63,821 nucleotides of DNA from Parasitella parasitica NRRL 2501 (lineage: Eukaryota > Fungi > Mucoromycota), in the NCBI GenBank assembly GCA_025201805.1, contig MU619380.1, forward strand, positions 4,426 through 68,246, given 5' to 3'. The translations under genes were made by a program, and so were the position numbers. Under the pieces are notes generated by a model. That model saw nothing but the letters and a program-made list of their open reading frames with translations. It was not told where the DNA came from and searched no databases. Each line of letters starts with the position of its first letter. The first letter of the stretch is position 1. This document shows, piece by piece, positions 48,583-61,958 of this stretch.

Positions 48583-48652
48583 ATTTTTTTTTTTTTTTCT
48601 TTTTTTACTCTATTTCTTTTTTCATCTGGATATAACCAAGTACGACAAGAAT

Positions 48653-50398
48653 ATGGATGTTAATCCGAAGACTAATGTAGAAGACAGCGAGGATGAAAGA
48701 CCCTTGTTTGAAAAGCCCACGTACCTGGCAACAGCACCAAACGAAGTGGAAACAGATGACGACGATGACGACGATCTGGGGTCGAGTTCACTGGCTGATA
48801 ACCCGTATTCCAATATGAACATCCCGTCTCACCTGAAGAACATTCTGTCATATGATTCAAGCAGCAGAAGGATGGATACCAGGATTTTGGACGATGAATC
48901 AGATTCGGATATGGAATCAGCGTCGCTCACAGCAGAAGCAGGAATCGATCTGGACAAACTGAATGCAGAAATAGACAGATTTCAGTTTGCCAATTTCCCG
49001 TTGAAACCAGCAACAGAGGATAGCAACATGGATGACGATGAGGCCAGCAGCAAGTCGAAAAAGACCAAAAAGCCGAGAGAAAAGAAAAAGAGACGAGACA
49101 AGGGCAAGAAGAAGGCTGTCAAAGATGACGCTCTGGAAGCAGAGCAAAAGACACGCAGCAAGAATTTTGATAGGCTTTTGCAAAAATTCGCTCAAGAGTC
49201 TGAAAGCAGTGAAGATGAGGCAAAATCCAAAAAGAAGTCTAGTGGCAGGAAGACCCGAAAGAAGGCGTCCAATGAGATTAGATTGGATGAAAATGGAGAG
49301 CAACTGATACGTACGACTGAAATTTTGGATGCTACGTCGAGCTCAAGTAGCGAAGACGAGAGAAAGCTGTCAAAGAAAGAAGAGATCGAAATGTACCGCG
49401 ACGCTGAGCGCCAAAGAAGAGCAGCCAAAGTTTTACTGAAACCTGTATATAATTATAAATCGTTTGATGACTTGGCAAAACGTAGAGACGACCGCGAGCA
49501 ACAGGTACAGCACCAAGATGTAATTATCACTCACAAAGCGCCAAAGACATATGCTCCTCCCTCATCCCACCCGTCATCTCGCCCCACGTTCAATTTTGAA
49601 TTAAGCGGTGTAAATGACGATAGCGACAGTGATATCGAGATCACAGGCAACCCAAAGAAAATTGCGGCTGCAACACAGGCAGCTATGCTCTCGCCTGAGC
49701 GTCCTAGAGCCCCAGTAACCATCTCTCCTGTCAGACATGCTTCAACCGCTCTTCGCGATCACAATAGGTTCATGCTGCATCGTATTTCAAACGAAGGTTA
49801 TGATTATCGCATCAGAATGGAGCAGGCAGCAAAGGCTCGTGGTCATTACGCCTCTGCTACAGAAAGAGCCAGACGATTGATTGAAAAGGAAAAGGATGCC
49901 ATGATGATTAATGACCAAATCAGCCGACATTTTGAAAAGAAAAAAGTGAGCTACCCTAACAATGGGGAGGACGATGATGACGAGGACAAGGACGAGGAAG
50001 ATGGCGATTTTGAAGATCAAGAAGGAGGGGAAACAGATCCACTGGACGATATCCTGAATGAGCTATCAGGCTCTGAAGATGAAGATGAATTCCTTGTCCA
50101 GGATGCTGAGGATGAACCAAAACCAAATCATACTCATAAAAGGAAAAATGCATCAGATCAAGAAGACGACGATGACGACGATGACGACGATGATGAAGAC
50201 GATATGGCAGCAATGGCTTTCAAGCGCTGGAAGGGTAAAAAGGTCAAGAAATCTACCATCTTTGACGACGACGACGATGAGGTAGTGCAAACGTCCAAAA
50301 AAAAGAAAGTTTCTGCAAAACCTGTACCTGAACACTCCATTTCAAACTTTTTCAAAGCAAAGGTATACACATGTTGTCTCTAAAAAAAAAAAAAAAAA

Positions 50399-50436
<38 letters not shown>

Positions 50437-51970
50437 TTGAAAATTGACCCATTTTTTTTTCCCACTAGGAAACAATGGCTGCTGAGGAAGCTGCAGAACG
50501 AGATGAAAGCAAAACCCTCAGTAGACTTGTTAGACGCAAAGAAAAGGAGCCTAGCAGCATCGAGGGGCAGACCAATGACGATGCTGAGGAGCAAGAAGAT
50601 GCTATGGACGTTGATCAGCCGACGCCAAGACAAGCGCCCACACCACTACCAGCTGCAGTGAAACAGCTTGTATCAGTGGCTCCCAAGGGTCCTAGAGAGA
50701 AGCTTGAATATCTGGAAGAAGAAGCCGAGGAAGAGGAAGACGAGTTCTTTGGCGCTGGAGGATCAGACGGAGAAACAGGAGAGAATTTGGATGAATTCGA
50801 AAAAGACGATTTGCTGGTAGAAGACAATAATGAGCATATTGATGAAACAGCGTTACGAGAGGCATACAAGTAAGCTTTAAAGTCGGTTGGTTTCCCGCAC
50901 ATGATATTTAAAAAGTATAAAACCCTATTCACATAGCCTTCAAGATAAAGAGACGGACAGCAACATGATCCAACGTTTGATTACTGACATTACAAGTGGT
51001 AATCTGCGAAAACAAAAGGCAGCAGTTGAAGCCGGGCTCATGTTGGACGATATCGATTTATACGACGAAGAGGATAATGATCTAGTGGCTATTCGTAGAG
51101 CTGCTGCTGCTAGAAGACGTAAACTTTTGAGGAAAAAGGGTGGAGATATTCTGGAAAACATGTGTAAGTTATTTTAATAATGACATGGTAAACAGTTTTA
51201 TTGATTGTCCTTTTCAATGACAGTAAGCGATCCTAAAACTGCAGCATTTGCAAAGGCAGCGCAAGCCATGACTGATGAAGTAGCTATCTCCGTTTTTAGT
51301 GAGAGCGAAGGAGAAGCCGAAGAAGATGAGCCACAAGACAATCAACAGTACGACGATGAATATGAAAAGAGCACGCCTATTGTATCTACTAGGCGAGTGA
51401 TTATTGAAGAGGATGAAGAGGATGAAGAAGATGAAGAAGACGACAAAGACCAAGAGATGAAGGATGTTTCTGATGATGAGGAGCTCCTTATCGTAGTAAG
51501 TTTACTTGTTCGATTCCGATTTCTAGTGCTGATCTTTTGCATGCTACTAGGATGAATTTGATACCATGACTTCTCCATTAAGGCCTACAGAAGCTACAGT
51601 AGGAGGTGGTCTCGCAAGCAGCATTCGTATCACTAGTGCAGATGATGAAGATGTTGACTTCCATATTGAAAACATGAAATCACCGATTAACGTACGCAAA
51701 GACACTTCGTTGTACGGCTCACCGGGAACATTGGAGCGTTTCAAAAGACTGATTGCAGAAACGAGCAGTGCTTTGAATGGCACATCATCAGATACTGGAG
51801 GCCCGCGTGTTGGGTTCGGTTCGCTTCAACAAAAGCAGCAAAATGAATCGGCCGGAAAGCCGAAATTGGCTGGCAGTCTAGGTGAACTATTCAACAAATC
51901 AAACGGAAAGGAATCGAAACTGAAGAAGCTGAAATCGCAATCATCCAGCTTGTTTCAATACGCAGAATAA
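48653..51970 (+). CDS. MRC1: Mediator of replication checkpoint Mrc1/Claspin-like protein
   Basis: Highly acidic/basic low-complexity protein containing an MRC1-like domain: EYLEEEAEEEEDEFFGAGGSDGE..DSNMIQRLITDITSGNLRK..DPKTAAF. Confidence 0.8.
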
Positions 51971-51973
51971 CGG

Positions 51974-51989
51974 TTTATTTAATAATAAA
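51974..51989. terminator. Bidirectional polyadenylation signal TTTATT-TAAT-AATAAA between convergent stops
   Basis: AATAAA is present on both strands within the 23-bp gap between the MRC1 and RasGEF stop codons. Confidence 0.55.
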
Positions 51990-51993
51990 AAAA

Positions 51994-54254
51994 TTAATTG
52001 TACAAAGGATGCGGCTCTATCTCATAACTTGATTTTTGAAGAGCATCTGTATCCAAAGAGGCAACTTGGAAGCAGGTATTGAACAGCAGCAAATCGCTCG
52101 ACTCTTCAAAAGAGTATCTTTTTGCCAGGTTTTGGAACACCAACACGCGCTTTATCACGGTTGCTGTGATCCGATGCTTTCTGAAATGTACTAGGGGCTG
52201 GCTGAGAACAGCGTCAATACGGCCCTGTTGTTTCTTTTCAATGTTGTTGTTTGATGAGGGTAAATAGGATGGCAGTTCTGCATTGAAGACGAGGTCTGAC
52301 AGGTAGATACCCAGGAAAGGGATGCATCCGCCAAACGGCAACTTGATGGTAACTGATGTCTTGGAATTTCGTTTTCGAAATATGGCGTTGGTGTCTACCT
52401 CGACTTGGACCTCCGTTGGCGACTCCCCGTATTCTTCTGCTACTTGGCTCATACTGTCACGAATGTGTTTCCAGTTTTTGGTGGGTGATGTAAATGTAGA
52501 AAGCTCTTGCAGTGTCTTCATTTCTCGTTTATTAACTAGAGGCCATGTCTTTTCTAGTCTTGACACCGAGGAGGATTGTAAGCCAAGTAAGATTTGTATC
52601 AGAGTTGAAAAGTTACAGTATAATTTACATTTCTAATTTACACCACAAGAGAATCAGCACAAGTTAGCATTATTTCGCAATATATATATTTATACATGTA
52701 TATAAGCATACCTTTGCTAGTCGAATAAACTTTTCAATCAATTTGACGCGCTGATCCAGCTGTTTGGTCTGAACAATCTCACTAGAAACCCACTGACAAA
52801 CAGCGTTGAACCGATTAATGGCCTTTTCTATGCCTCTTTCGACCGTGTCGTTGTTTCTCTCGTGTTGCTGTTTCATTCGTTTTGTACGAGAATAAATACC
52901 TTGGGGATACTGATCAAAGGACATGGCATTGACAACATCATGGTCCAAACCTTCCATATTCTGTGGTTGATAAAGCTTTGTCACCGACATTTTGGTCCAC
53001 CTGCAATCCACTAGCTCTTCCCAGTCGATGTCCAGCAGAATAGCCTTTTCAATCAAACAGAATTGTTGTGCCATTAATGATGTCGAATAGCTCAAAACAA
53101 TAGATCTGTATGTTGCAGGAACCGTACTTGGGATTGGGATAGACGGTGGTGTGTTAGACAAAAAGCCGTTGTTGTGTTTATCAATATCAATCTCGAATAT
53201 TCTCGATTTTGGTGCGTGCAGGGCTGGCTGTACTTGATTCTGCAGCTGGTAGTGCGGCTGTTCCTGCTGTTGTTGTTGTTGCTGCCTATTGCTGCCAGTG
53301 GAGTATCTCCAGGATTCATCTTTTTCTCTGTGTGGTTTTTTCTTTTTCGTCTTTGTAGCCGCATAAGAGGAAGATGCGATTGATGAAGATGAGGTCATGG
53401 AATTCTCGTTGTCATCATGGTACAAGGGTGGCAATGGCTTTGATTTAGGGTCTATGTAAACCAATGTCTTGCTGACCCGTTTGCTTTGCTGTTGCTGCTG
53501 CTGCTGCTGTAAGTTGTTATTACTGAAACGGGATCTCGGAACCAACGCAGTAATATCTCCTGAAATCGCACAGGATGGAGTAACGACTTCTGAGTCAGTT
53601 ACTGAAGGATATGCCATGGAATTGTACGAAGTAAAAGAATTCAAGTGATTATTGCTGTGGCTATTTGTATGGTTTTCTTCTTCCTCCCTCTCCTCCTTCT
53701 TTTCTTGCTCATTTTCCTTGGAGTAATGTGTACTGGTATTAGGGTGGTAGATGTCGGGTGTGGAGCTGGCGGATAGAATAGCAAGCTGTGCACTATAGAA
53801 TGATCTTGTGCGAGCATCGTAATTTGAAGTGGGATTGCATAGCATGGCAGCCGTTGCACCAGATGGATTCGTTTTGTATGTCGAAAGAAACAGCTCTGCT
53901 TGCTGTCGATCGTCTTCCTCTTGTTCTTGCTGCTGACGAAGCACTTCGAGCTTTTCCGCCAGTTCGTTGCTGCTATCCAGAGCAGCCGGTGGAGATGGTG
54001 AAGCAGACACTGCCTTTTCATACAACACTGGAGGCGGTACAGCTAATTCTTTACTATGATAACTTTTGGGAGATGGAGCCATGTCATTCCCATCATCATT
54101 ATCATCATCATCCTCCTCCTCCTCTTCCTCCTCCTCTTCATCATAGTCAAACTCATCATCAGATGTACCTGGGCTAATAGCACTCTCAAGTGAGTTGTCA
54201 GAACAATTGCTTTTGTAGAAATCTTGACTTTTGCTATTGTTTAGTTGCTGCTGT

Positions 54255-54313
<59 letters not shown>

Positions 54314-56054
54314 TATGTTTATCCACTCCAGAGACGCACTGTGGCTCGTGTTTTCGTGAAGATTGTACAGGCTATTTGGCAGGGATGATCCATTCAGATT
54401 TGAAAATTTATTAGCAACTGACGATACAGAGGACCCACGGCGACGACGTTGCTCGATAAAGGAGTGCGATTTCGTGGAGGTTGAGGGATAGTTGCCAATG
54501 ACAACCACATCAGGTGCGGTAGCATGTTTGTTTCTGATCGCCGTATTGTTACTATGACGAGCGTCCAGGTGAACGCCGTTTACTATATTCATTGTCTTTT
54601 GACGGATTGTGCCTGGGGAAGTCAACTGTTCTTTTACCATTTGCTTCACTACTTGCTGTTCGTAGGTAGGAGGCGGAGGGCCAATGACTTGAACTCTTGT
54701 GGATGACTTGGAGACATAATAGATCTTTTTCAGTCTTCTCACGACTCGCTTCAAGCCTTTAATTATGCGTTGATCCCTCGGTGATTGCTTAATTAAGGGA
54801 TGAAATGGCATTGCATTTAGGAAATCTGTCAATACGACGCGAAGCTCCTTGCTTGGAACGAAATCACGAAGAAAGTAATTGAGGAGCCAATGTCTCATGA
54901 CAACGAATGTTCTGTTAGTCTGTATTAGAATATCTGCATGTTTGTTATATGCTATATGTATCATGTACATGCTGTGCCTATTTTTACCTTATTCTCACTA
55001 TACATCGGCTTGCTTCGTTTTTCTCCAGGCTCCATCTGAATCTCAAAATCAGGAATTTACAAAGCTGTAATGGGGTCATGAAGACGCGATAAATCAAAAA
55101 GAAGTCTGTCATAAAAGTATAGTCTGTACAGACAATTAGTTGATCACAGCTGTATACAATGTTTGCTACGTGCGCTTTACCTAGCGAAATCGTCAGTTTT
55201 TCAATTAATTTCTCAATGGTTGCTGCTTCAATCACTCGACCCTCCTCTGCTTGTTGCTGTGACGGAGGTGGTGATGGTGGTGGTAGTAATGCTGGTAGTG
55301 CTGGTGATAGTGGTTGTCCAGACACACGATTTGGCAGTTCTGAAGAAAGCCTCTTTTTCAATTTCGCAGGAATCAGCTGTTGCGCAGACCATCTGGATCT
55401 CTTTTTATTGCGATTATTTAGCTTTAAAGCGTCCTTATCGTCTAGATTCGATGGCGCAGTGGATGGCATGGTAGTCTGCTGTTTGGCTTCGACACCCCAT
55501 AAAATGAGGTTTGGGTTTTCGTCGGATTCAATTAAATCAAAGATAGACAGAGGGAAATCTGATAAATCGGTGGGGGACGATAATTGAAACGGGTTGATGT
55601 CAACATCTTCAACTTGGATTTTGATGGATTCAGCAGCAGGCTCCTTTGCTGCTGTAAAGCGGGTGTCTGACCATATGTCATCAAACTCGCTTACAATCGG
55701 GATTCTGGGTAAGGAGTGATTCTGCTGGTGATAGTGATGAGGCGGAGAACGTGCTGGTGGAGATAGCAGTGGTGATGCTTGCAGCATACTTGTACTACCA
55801 CTGGTGTAACTCTTCTTACTTGAATCTCTTTGCAAGGTGCCTGTTGTTGTTGTTGTTGTTGCTGTCGCTGCTGTGAAATCTTGGACAGGTTCGTCGTCTG
55901 TATTCCAAAAGATCTTTGACTCTGTGTACTCTCGCACGCCAAAAACTGTGGCTAGCGCAGCTCTTTCCATGCCGCCATCGCTGGTGTCATTTCTGAATTC
56001 CAAAGGTATGAGGGAGTTGTTTCGTTTCCTTGGCGCAGCAGTTTCTGAGGACAT
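51994..56054 (-). CDS. LTE1: RasGEF (REM plus CDC25 domain) with long polyQ/acidic insert, Lte1-like
   Basis: The REM domain reads IEAATIEKLIEKLT..DFFLIYRVF..RTFVVMRHWLLNYF. The CDC25 domain reads MAQQFCLIE..IDWEEL..RFNAVCQWVSSEIV..IEKFIRLA..NFSTL.QI..GCIPFLGIYLSDL. Confidence 0.85.
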
Positions 56055-56286
56055 GCTATGTAGTTGTATAATAGGAAAGACAAAAGAAGAAAAGAGAAGA
56101 TGGAAGATGGCAGATGGCAGAAAAGAAAAAGAAGAAGAGCGTATTAAAAAAAGTAATGCAAATGATGTATATTATATATTAACACAAAAATTAGGCCTTC
56201 TTTATACTAAAGGGGGGGGGAGATGATTTTATTTAAAAAATGGGCTCACGTGTGTGTGTGTGGCATTTGCGTCGACAACAAAGCAA

Positions 56287-58423
56287 CTAGTTTATATAAT
56301 CCCACCTGCGTGCTATTTCTTTTACAATAGCAATGAAGGATGGCCATCTATCAGTCGCATTCGCTGTGTTCCATGTTAGAGGGTCAAGCGAGGTTACCTG
56401 CAGACAAGAGAAAAGGTTAAGCTGGGAGGCATACTATTTTTAAGACAAAATCATCTTTACCATCATTTCGGTTCGTTTAACCTTTTTATCCTGCTGCTCA
56501 ATGTGATTTACACTAATTAAGCCATCGTCAAACAAATATCTCTTTGTGTTAATAAACGAGATGTCTGCAAGAACAAAATTGTCGTTCAGGAAAGGCTGCT
56601 GTTTGGGCGCTGACAGCTGGCTGTAGCTCATCAGCTTGCACCGTTCTATCAATTCTCCTACATGCGTCGTGTCATTGGTATAGTCTAAATATTGCTTGGC
56701 TATTAAGCGGACATCCACATTGCCAAACATTCCTAGAACATCTACAACAGACCGATTTTTTTCTGCGATAATCTTTTTAACGTTCATACTGCCATTTTCT
56801 TGGGTTGTAAATTCAACCAAAAGTCGCTTCAAATCCGAATTCTCGTCTTTCCCTGCCAGCAATGACTGGTTGACATAGTCTAATTGGATTGTACGCTGGT
56901 GAAATCCACCATCCAACGAACGAATGATTGGTATGTAAGGCGCGGTTATTTTGCGAGGTGGAATGCTGTTGAGGAACAGGCTTCTATTTTTAAAAAGCGT
57001 GGCGAGGTCTGTTGCGCACCCAGGCGAGAGTGATATATCATGATGGTTGTCTTGGAATAGCAGTTTGCCAAATCTTTTTTTTGTGTATCGTCGTTAGTTA
57101 ATGTATGTTCGCTGTCTCTGTGGAACTTACCTTGCTTCTATTGAAATAGCATCGCCGCCGTTATTGAGCGATTTCACCAGCAAATCCTGCGTGTTGCCAA
57201 TCTCACCCACCATTCTACAAGTTGTAAATCAGTCTATCCATTTTCAATAACCTGCTTAATTCAATACAAAAACCTACTCTTGGCCACCAAACACCATGTA
57301 ATCGTCCTTTTCATCCTTTTTCTTGTATTCAAGTTTATTCCAATTCAGCTTCTTGTCATAAAAAGGCATTGATAGCACATCTTGCATTGGCAATACTGTA
57401 AATTCCAGGTCTTTGTGTATCACCGTGTGATCTGCGGTACTCAAAGCTTTTTTACCAGTTGCGTTCATCTAAGTCCACTATAAGTAGCCATTCGATACTT
57501 GAAAGATCGCAATTACCTCTGTAAGCGTTAAATTCAATAGTCTCTTTGCATTACTCAAATTCTCAGCAGATGTACTAGCCAAGGAAAACTGAGGGCGTAA
57601 TGTGTCAGCTAACACTCGACAGTTTGCTATTACAGCCATTTACCTTGTCATCCTCTAAAGTGATGAAACTTGCTGCCAGTTTCGACATGTCCACCAGCGA
57701 TTCATTTACGTCGTTTCTCAACTGTGGATCCCTCTTTATTTTCTCGGGTACATCTACTTGATCTTCCAGTATATTCAAATGTGTCAAAATCTCTTCTTTG
57801 GCCTTAGCAACAGCCTTTGATAATCCTTCCACAGCATATTCCTGCTTGTCTACATCAATCGTAATGAAAACGTGATAATTCTCTTCAATGTTGCGGATAG
57901 TATCGCCATTATTTCCAATAATAAAAAACAGTTGCTGGAAAGTTGCAGGAAATATCTCTTTTACTGTGTCTCTTCGCATTTCCAAGGCTTTCCTTTGTCT
58001 GGCAGCGTCGACATCTTTGGTACTTTGGATCCCCCAGTGTTTCTTGACGATGCCATCAATCAACTGATTCTTTAGGCGCCCGTGTCTAGGCAACTTGTGC
58101 ACAGCTGAATAGTCTGCCAACTGACGCACGCTGAAAGATTTTTGAAACAATTTGTACAATCTATCCATATTTTCGGTAGAAATCACTTCTTTCTTCGGCC
58201 TAAACGCCTCGATCGATTCCAACAGCACATCCTTGGTCTGCAAAATGCTGCTGGATTTCTCTAATTCGGCTACAATAGCTTGCAGCCGCTGGTCTGGTAA
58301 AAGCTCTTCTTTTGACCCATCATTAGTACGGCAGATCCTAGCTGTTGAAAAGCAGCTGCGCTGATGGCTTCTCCTCGAAACAATTCCCAGTAAATGACGA
58401 TATGGTGGTATGCAAAGTGACAT
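56287..58423 (-). CDS. Mitochondrial KH-like-domain protein, Sls1-like (tentative)
   Basis: An Arg-rich presequence is followed by IEAFRP..IS..L..SFS..QL..Y..K..LI..IV..WG and the KH-like IIGNNGDTIRNIEE..V.I.I..V.G..V..AK..I. Multi-exon. Confidence 0.6.
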
Positions 58424-59681
58424 TTTCTATGGAAAGAAAAAAAAAAAAAAAGTCTTTGCCAGGGTTATACCTTTTAGAGATCGTCCGCAAACTTATTGAC
58501 ATATAGTCACCTTCGATAGAATGTCACAATGTCGAAAGTCTTCTGCCGAATTCCAACTAGATAAACTGCTTTAATCCTACAAAATGATGGAACGCTGAAA
58601 CTTCCACAACTCTCAGGGTTTCAAGGTTGCCATTCGGTCACAAGTTGTGTTAATGCAGATGCAAGATACACGTCGGCTTTATGCTCATTAAGGAAAGTGC
58701 GCAAATGTAAGTGTATTGATTTTGTTGCGTTTCTTCTAGTACCCAACTCCCCAGTTCCAGTAGATGACGGCATCTGCGCTATCTTTGTTAGAGTAGACAT
58801 CTCGCTGTGCACGACAGCTAGCATTGCCTTTTTACGCTTCATAATCTGAAGAAATGCACAATGTGTTTTTTTAGGCACGGAGTGAATGCATATCTCTATA
58901 TTTGTAAGCCAAGATGTTGTATATATATATATATTCAGTCCAGTCAAGTATGCATAAATTATGGCATATTACAACAATAACGCTTGGCAATAGTATCACG
59001 CCAAGACTTTAAGCTCTCAGCATTTGTTAAACAAAAAGCCATATATTGCAAGTCGCTGATTATATATGCGTTTCATTCACCTCCAAGAAAGCTCTTTGCA
59101 AGCAGTCTTGTGTATTCGTTCATCCAGGCACCATTCATTCAACTACACTTGAAAATGCCCCTTTTTTATTTTCAATGGATGTCGTTTTCCAATCTATAAA
59201 AGTTTAAACAGTACCAATTACATGTAAAGCTGAAAACCTCAGAAGCATTCCTGTTTTAGGCTTCAAAGAAACGATACTCATTATCTTGATGCTGGTTTAC
59301 TGACATGTCTGTTGTGCCAAGAAAACTCTTTGAGACTACTAAAAAAGCACCAACAAAGAACCTTAATACACTATGCTTTTTGTTCTTTTTTCACAAGGTC
59401 GATAGAAATTTTCTTATGCTGAGCTTCCCACACTGGATTATATTGGGGCGAGAATGACCGGCTCTGGTAGCAGTGATAATCCAGCTGTATAATGCTATTA
59501 TTGCTACGCAGTGCGCATTAACAATGATTTTCTTACTGTGGCGTTCAGAACTCATAGAGAGAGGCGCAAATCCTGTGATGTCGTTTCACAAACCTCTGCT
59601 GCAGCAAGTGATGAGATTTAAATACAAACAATGATTACAGGAGGGAAATAATCATTTCTTCTCTCTTTCTTTAATTTACAA

Positions 59682-60329
59682 ATGTCCTCAAATAAATTTA
59701 GCCTCGGTAGCCACTTTTTAAGTAAAAAAAAGACAGAAGATTTAACAAGCTTGTTTACAAGCTTCGATAAAGACAAGAATGGAAAAATCTCTCGCTCGGA
59801 ATTACAAGACATGTTACATTCAGCCGGAATAGAATCGACTATGGTAAATGTTCTTGTTTTCTTTAAAAGGTATAAATGCTTAGCCGCTAACATGCTTCTT
59901 TTCCTTCCATTTGTTGTTGTAAAGACTTATCCAGAAGAAAGCCAAGGAGCAGCAGGAGGGATGGATTTCGAGGAATTCGCTAAACTGATGAGACCCACAC
60001 TATCAGACCCACACCGACTTTCAAGTAAGCAAATAGAGCTAAAAGAAGCCTTTGACGCATTCGATAAAGACAAAAATGGCTCCATTAATGCAGTCGAACT
60101 GCGTGCAATGATGGAAAAGCTGGGAGACAAAATGACGTTAAAAGAAGCCGAAGAACTGATTAAAGATGTGGATTTGGATAATAATGGTACTGTTAATTTT
60201 GAGGAATTTTGCATTATGATGGGTGTGCAGCAACCAAAATCAGAGCCCAGGAAATCGCCAGCGTCTCCGCATCATGATCGTAAACGCTTCTCGTTTTTTA
60301 AAAGGCTATTTTATAGCCACAGACAATAA
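59682..60329 (+). CDS. Calmodulin-like EF-hand protein 1 (EF2 degenerate; basic C-terminal extension)
   Basis: EF loops are DKDKNGKISRSE, DKDKNGSINAVE and DLDNNGTVNFEE. There is a probable in-frame intron at 59844-59924. Confidence 0.88.
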   Translation: MSSNKFSLGSHFLSKKKTEDLTSLFTSFDKDKNGKISRSELQDMLHSAGIESTMVNVLVFFKRYKCLAANMLLFLPFVVVKTYPEESQGAAGGMDFEEFAKLMRPTLSDPHRLSSKQIELKEAFDAFDKDKNGSINAVELRAMMEKLGDKMTLKEAEELIKDVDLDNNGTVNFEEFCIMMGVQQPKSEPRKSPASPHHDRKRFSFFKRLFYSHRQ

Positions 60330-60567
60330 AGTTACATGTGCGATTGGTTCTTATTATGTTGAACTTTATTAGAAGTCTCTCATAGAACATTACTATAGAA
60401 ACTGTCTATAAATTTACAAGGACTCCGCCTATGTTCATGGATCGTCGCCTTGAGTGGTTCCTGTTTTTCAGGAATCATCCTCGTGGATTGAAACTTATTA
60501 TAAAAAGATTTTGACTTTTGTCGATACCATCCTCTTTTCTTTCTTGATTATATATTCTACATCTAAA

Positions 60568-61113
60568 ATGACCCCAAATAATTACTACCTTCAACTTGGC
60601 ATTACTGCTGAGGAACTGAGCACATTACAAGAAGCTTTCCGATTATATGATACCAAGCAAAACGGCTACATTAGTGTTGAGCAATTTTCTCATATCTTGC
60701 TAGAGGTTGGTATTGTCAAGCCTGGCAACATTATGCAGGAACTGCAGCAAATTATTAAATCTGTTGATACCAACCATGACGAAGTGATTGATTTTGATGA
60801 ATTCGTGCTAGCCATGTTCCGGTACATGCCACATAATACTTGCCAACAACAACAACAAATCAACTATAATACTCAACCGCAACAAGCATTTTCAGAAAAA
60901 GATACAACAGACGAAGAACTGCTTGCCTGCTTTCAATTCTTTGACCAAGATCATGATGGTCGCATCAGCCAAAAAGAGCTTGAGCAAGTAATGATTCGCT
61001 TTGACGCACATTTAACACCAAAAGAATTGAAAGAAATGATGACCACAGCTGACATTAATAGCGATGGTTTCATTGATTTTGAAGAATTCAAACAATTGTT
61101 ACCGCCTTTATAG
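60568..61113 (+). CDS. Calmodulin-like EF-hand protein 2 (Q-rich central linker)
   Basis: Reads LQEAFRLYDTKQNGYISVEQ, DTNHDEVIDFDE, DQDHDGRISQKE and DINSDGFIDFEE. ATG at 60568. Confidence 0.88.
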   Translation: MTPNNYYLQLGITAEELSTLQEAFRLYDTKQNGYISVEQFSHILLEVGIVKPGNIMQELQQIIKSVDTNHDEVIDFDEFVLAMFRYMPHNTCQQQQQINYNTQPQQAFSEKDTTDEELLACFQFFDQDHDGRISQKELEQVMIRFDAHLTPKELKEMMTTADINSDGFIDFEEFKQLLPPL

Positions 61114-61958
61114 AATTTTTCATCTACTATATTTTACGTATACCCTACACTCGCAGTATAATAAAAAAAAACCAAGCATATTGTTATGTCTTTTTCTTGG
61201 CTTTAGTGATACAGTAATATCTCGTTTGTGAAACTTTCAGTTTACTAGAATAGAGATGTGCACGTCAAAAATTTCTTTTCTTGGTAAATGGAAATTTACG
61301 GATCTTGTTATATACTTTGTTAATTTGAAGCTCTTTCAACCACAAAATGATTAATTGGTAAATATTTTAAAATCCAGTCGTTTATGTTTATTCTAATGTA
61401 ATACGATATATGAGGATAGTTTTTTACCGAAATGTTGATCAACTAGATCCAAAACGTCGATCCCGTTACTGTTCCACACTTCCATGGCAACGGTATCTAC
61501 TCTGCATGGCAATGCATCCATGACAACAAATAGTCTAAATGTGGCAAAATCTGACTTTACTCGATAATGAAAATGAATTTGTATGGTTACCTTTGGAACA
61601 ATAAAAAGGTTGTACTCTTCATAAACTAATCCAATGATATTTAATATATATAGCGCTTATAAGAGAAGCCCCTCTTTATCCCTTATTTTTGCACACATAC
61701 TCAACATTTTTACATGATAAAGGAGCAAAATCATTATTTTTACTGTTAAAAAAAAAGGGTTGAATAATAAGCTTGATCTCTGACCTCTTTTTTTCAGAAA
61801 TGCTTCTTTTTGTTCTTGCTTCAGTATCTTTTTGTATCACCAAAGAATTAAAAAGGACCATAATAATTCCATCACTGTACCATCATCGTTTTTTCTTTAG
61901 ACCTCTTTTCTTTCTTTCCTTTTTTTTTTTAAAAAAAAAAAAAAATACATACTGAATC

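Noticed and set aside
54245-54313. (CAACAG)n and similar polyQ repeats in RasGEF, wc-1 and other genes; many antisense Ser/Val/Cys-rich ORFs
   Set aside because: These are ordinary coding microsatellites and their shadow ORFs, not CRISPR-like arrays or independent genes.
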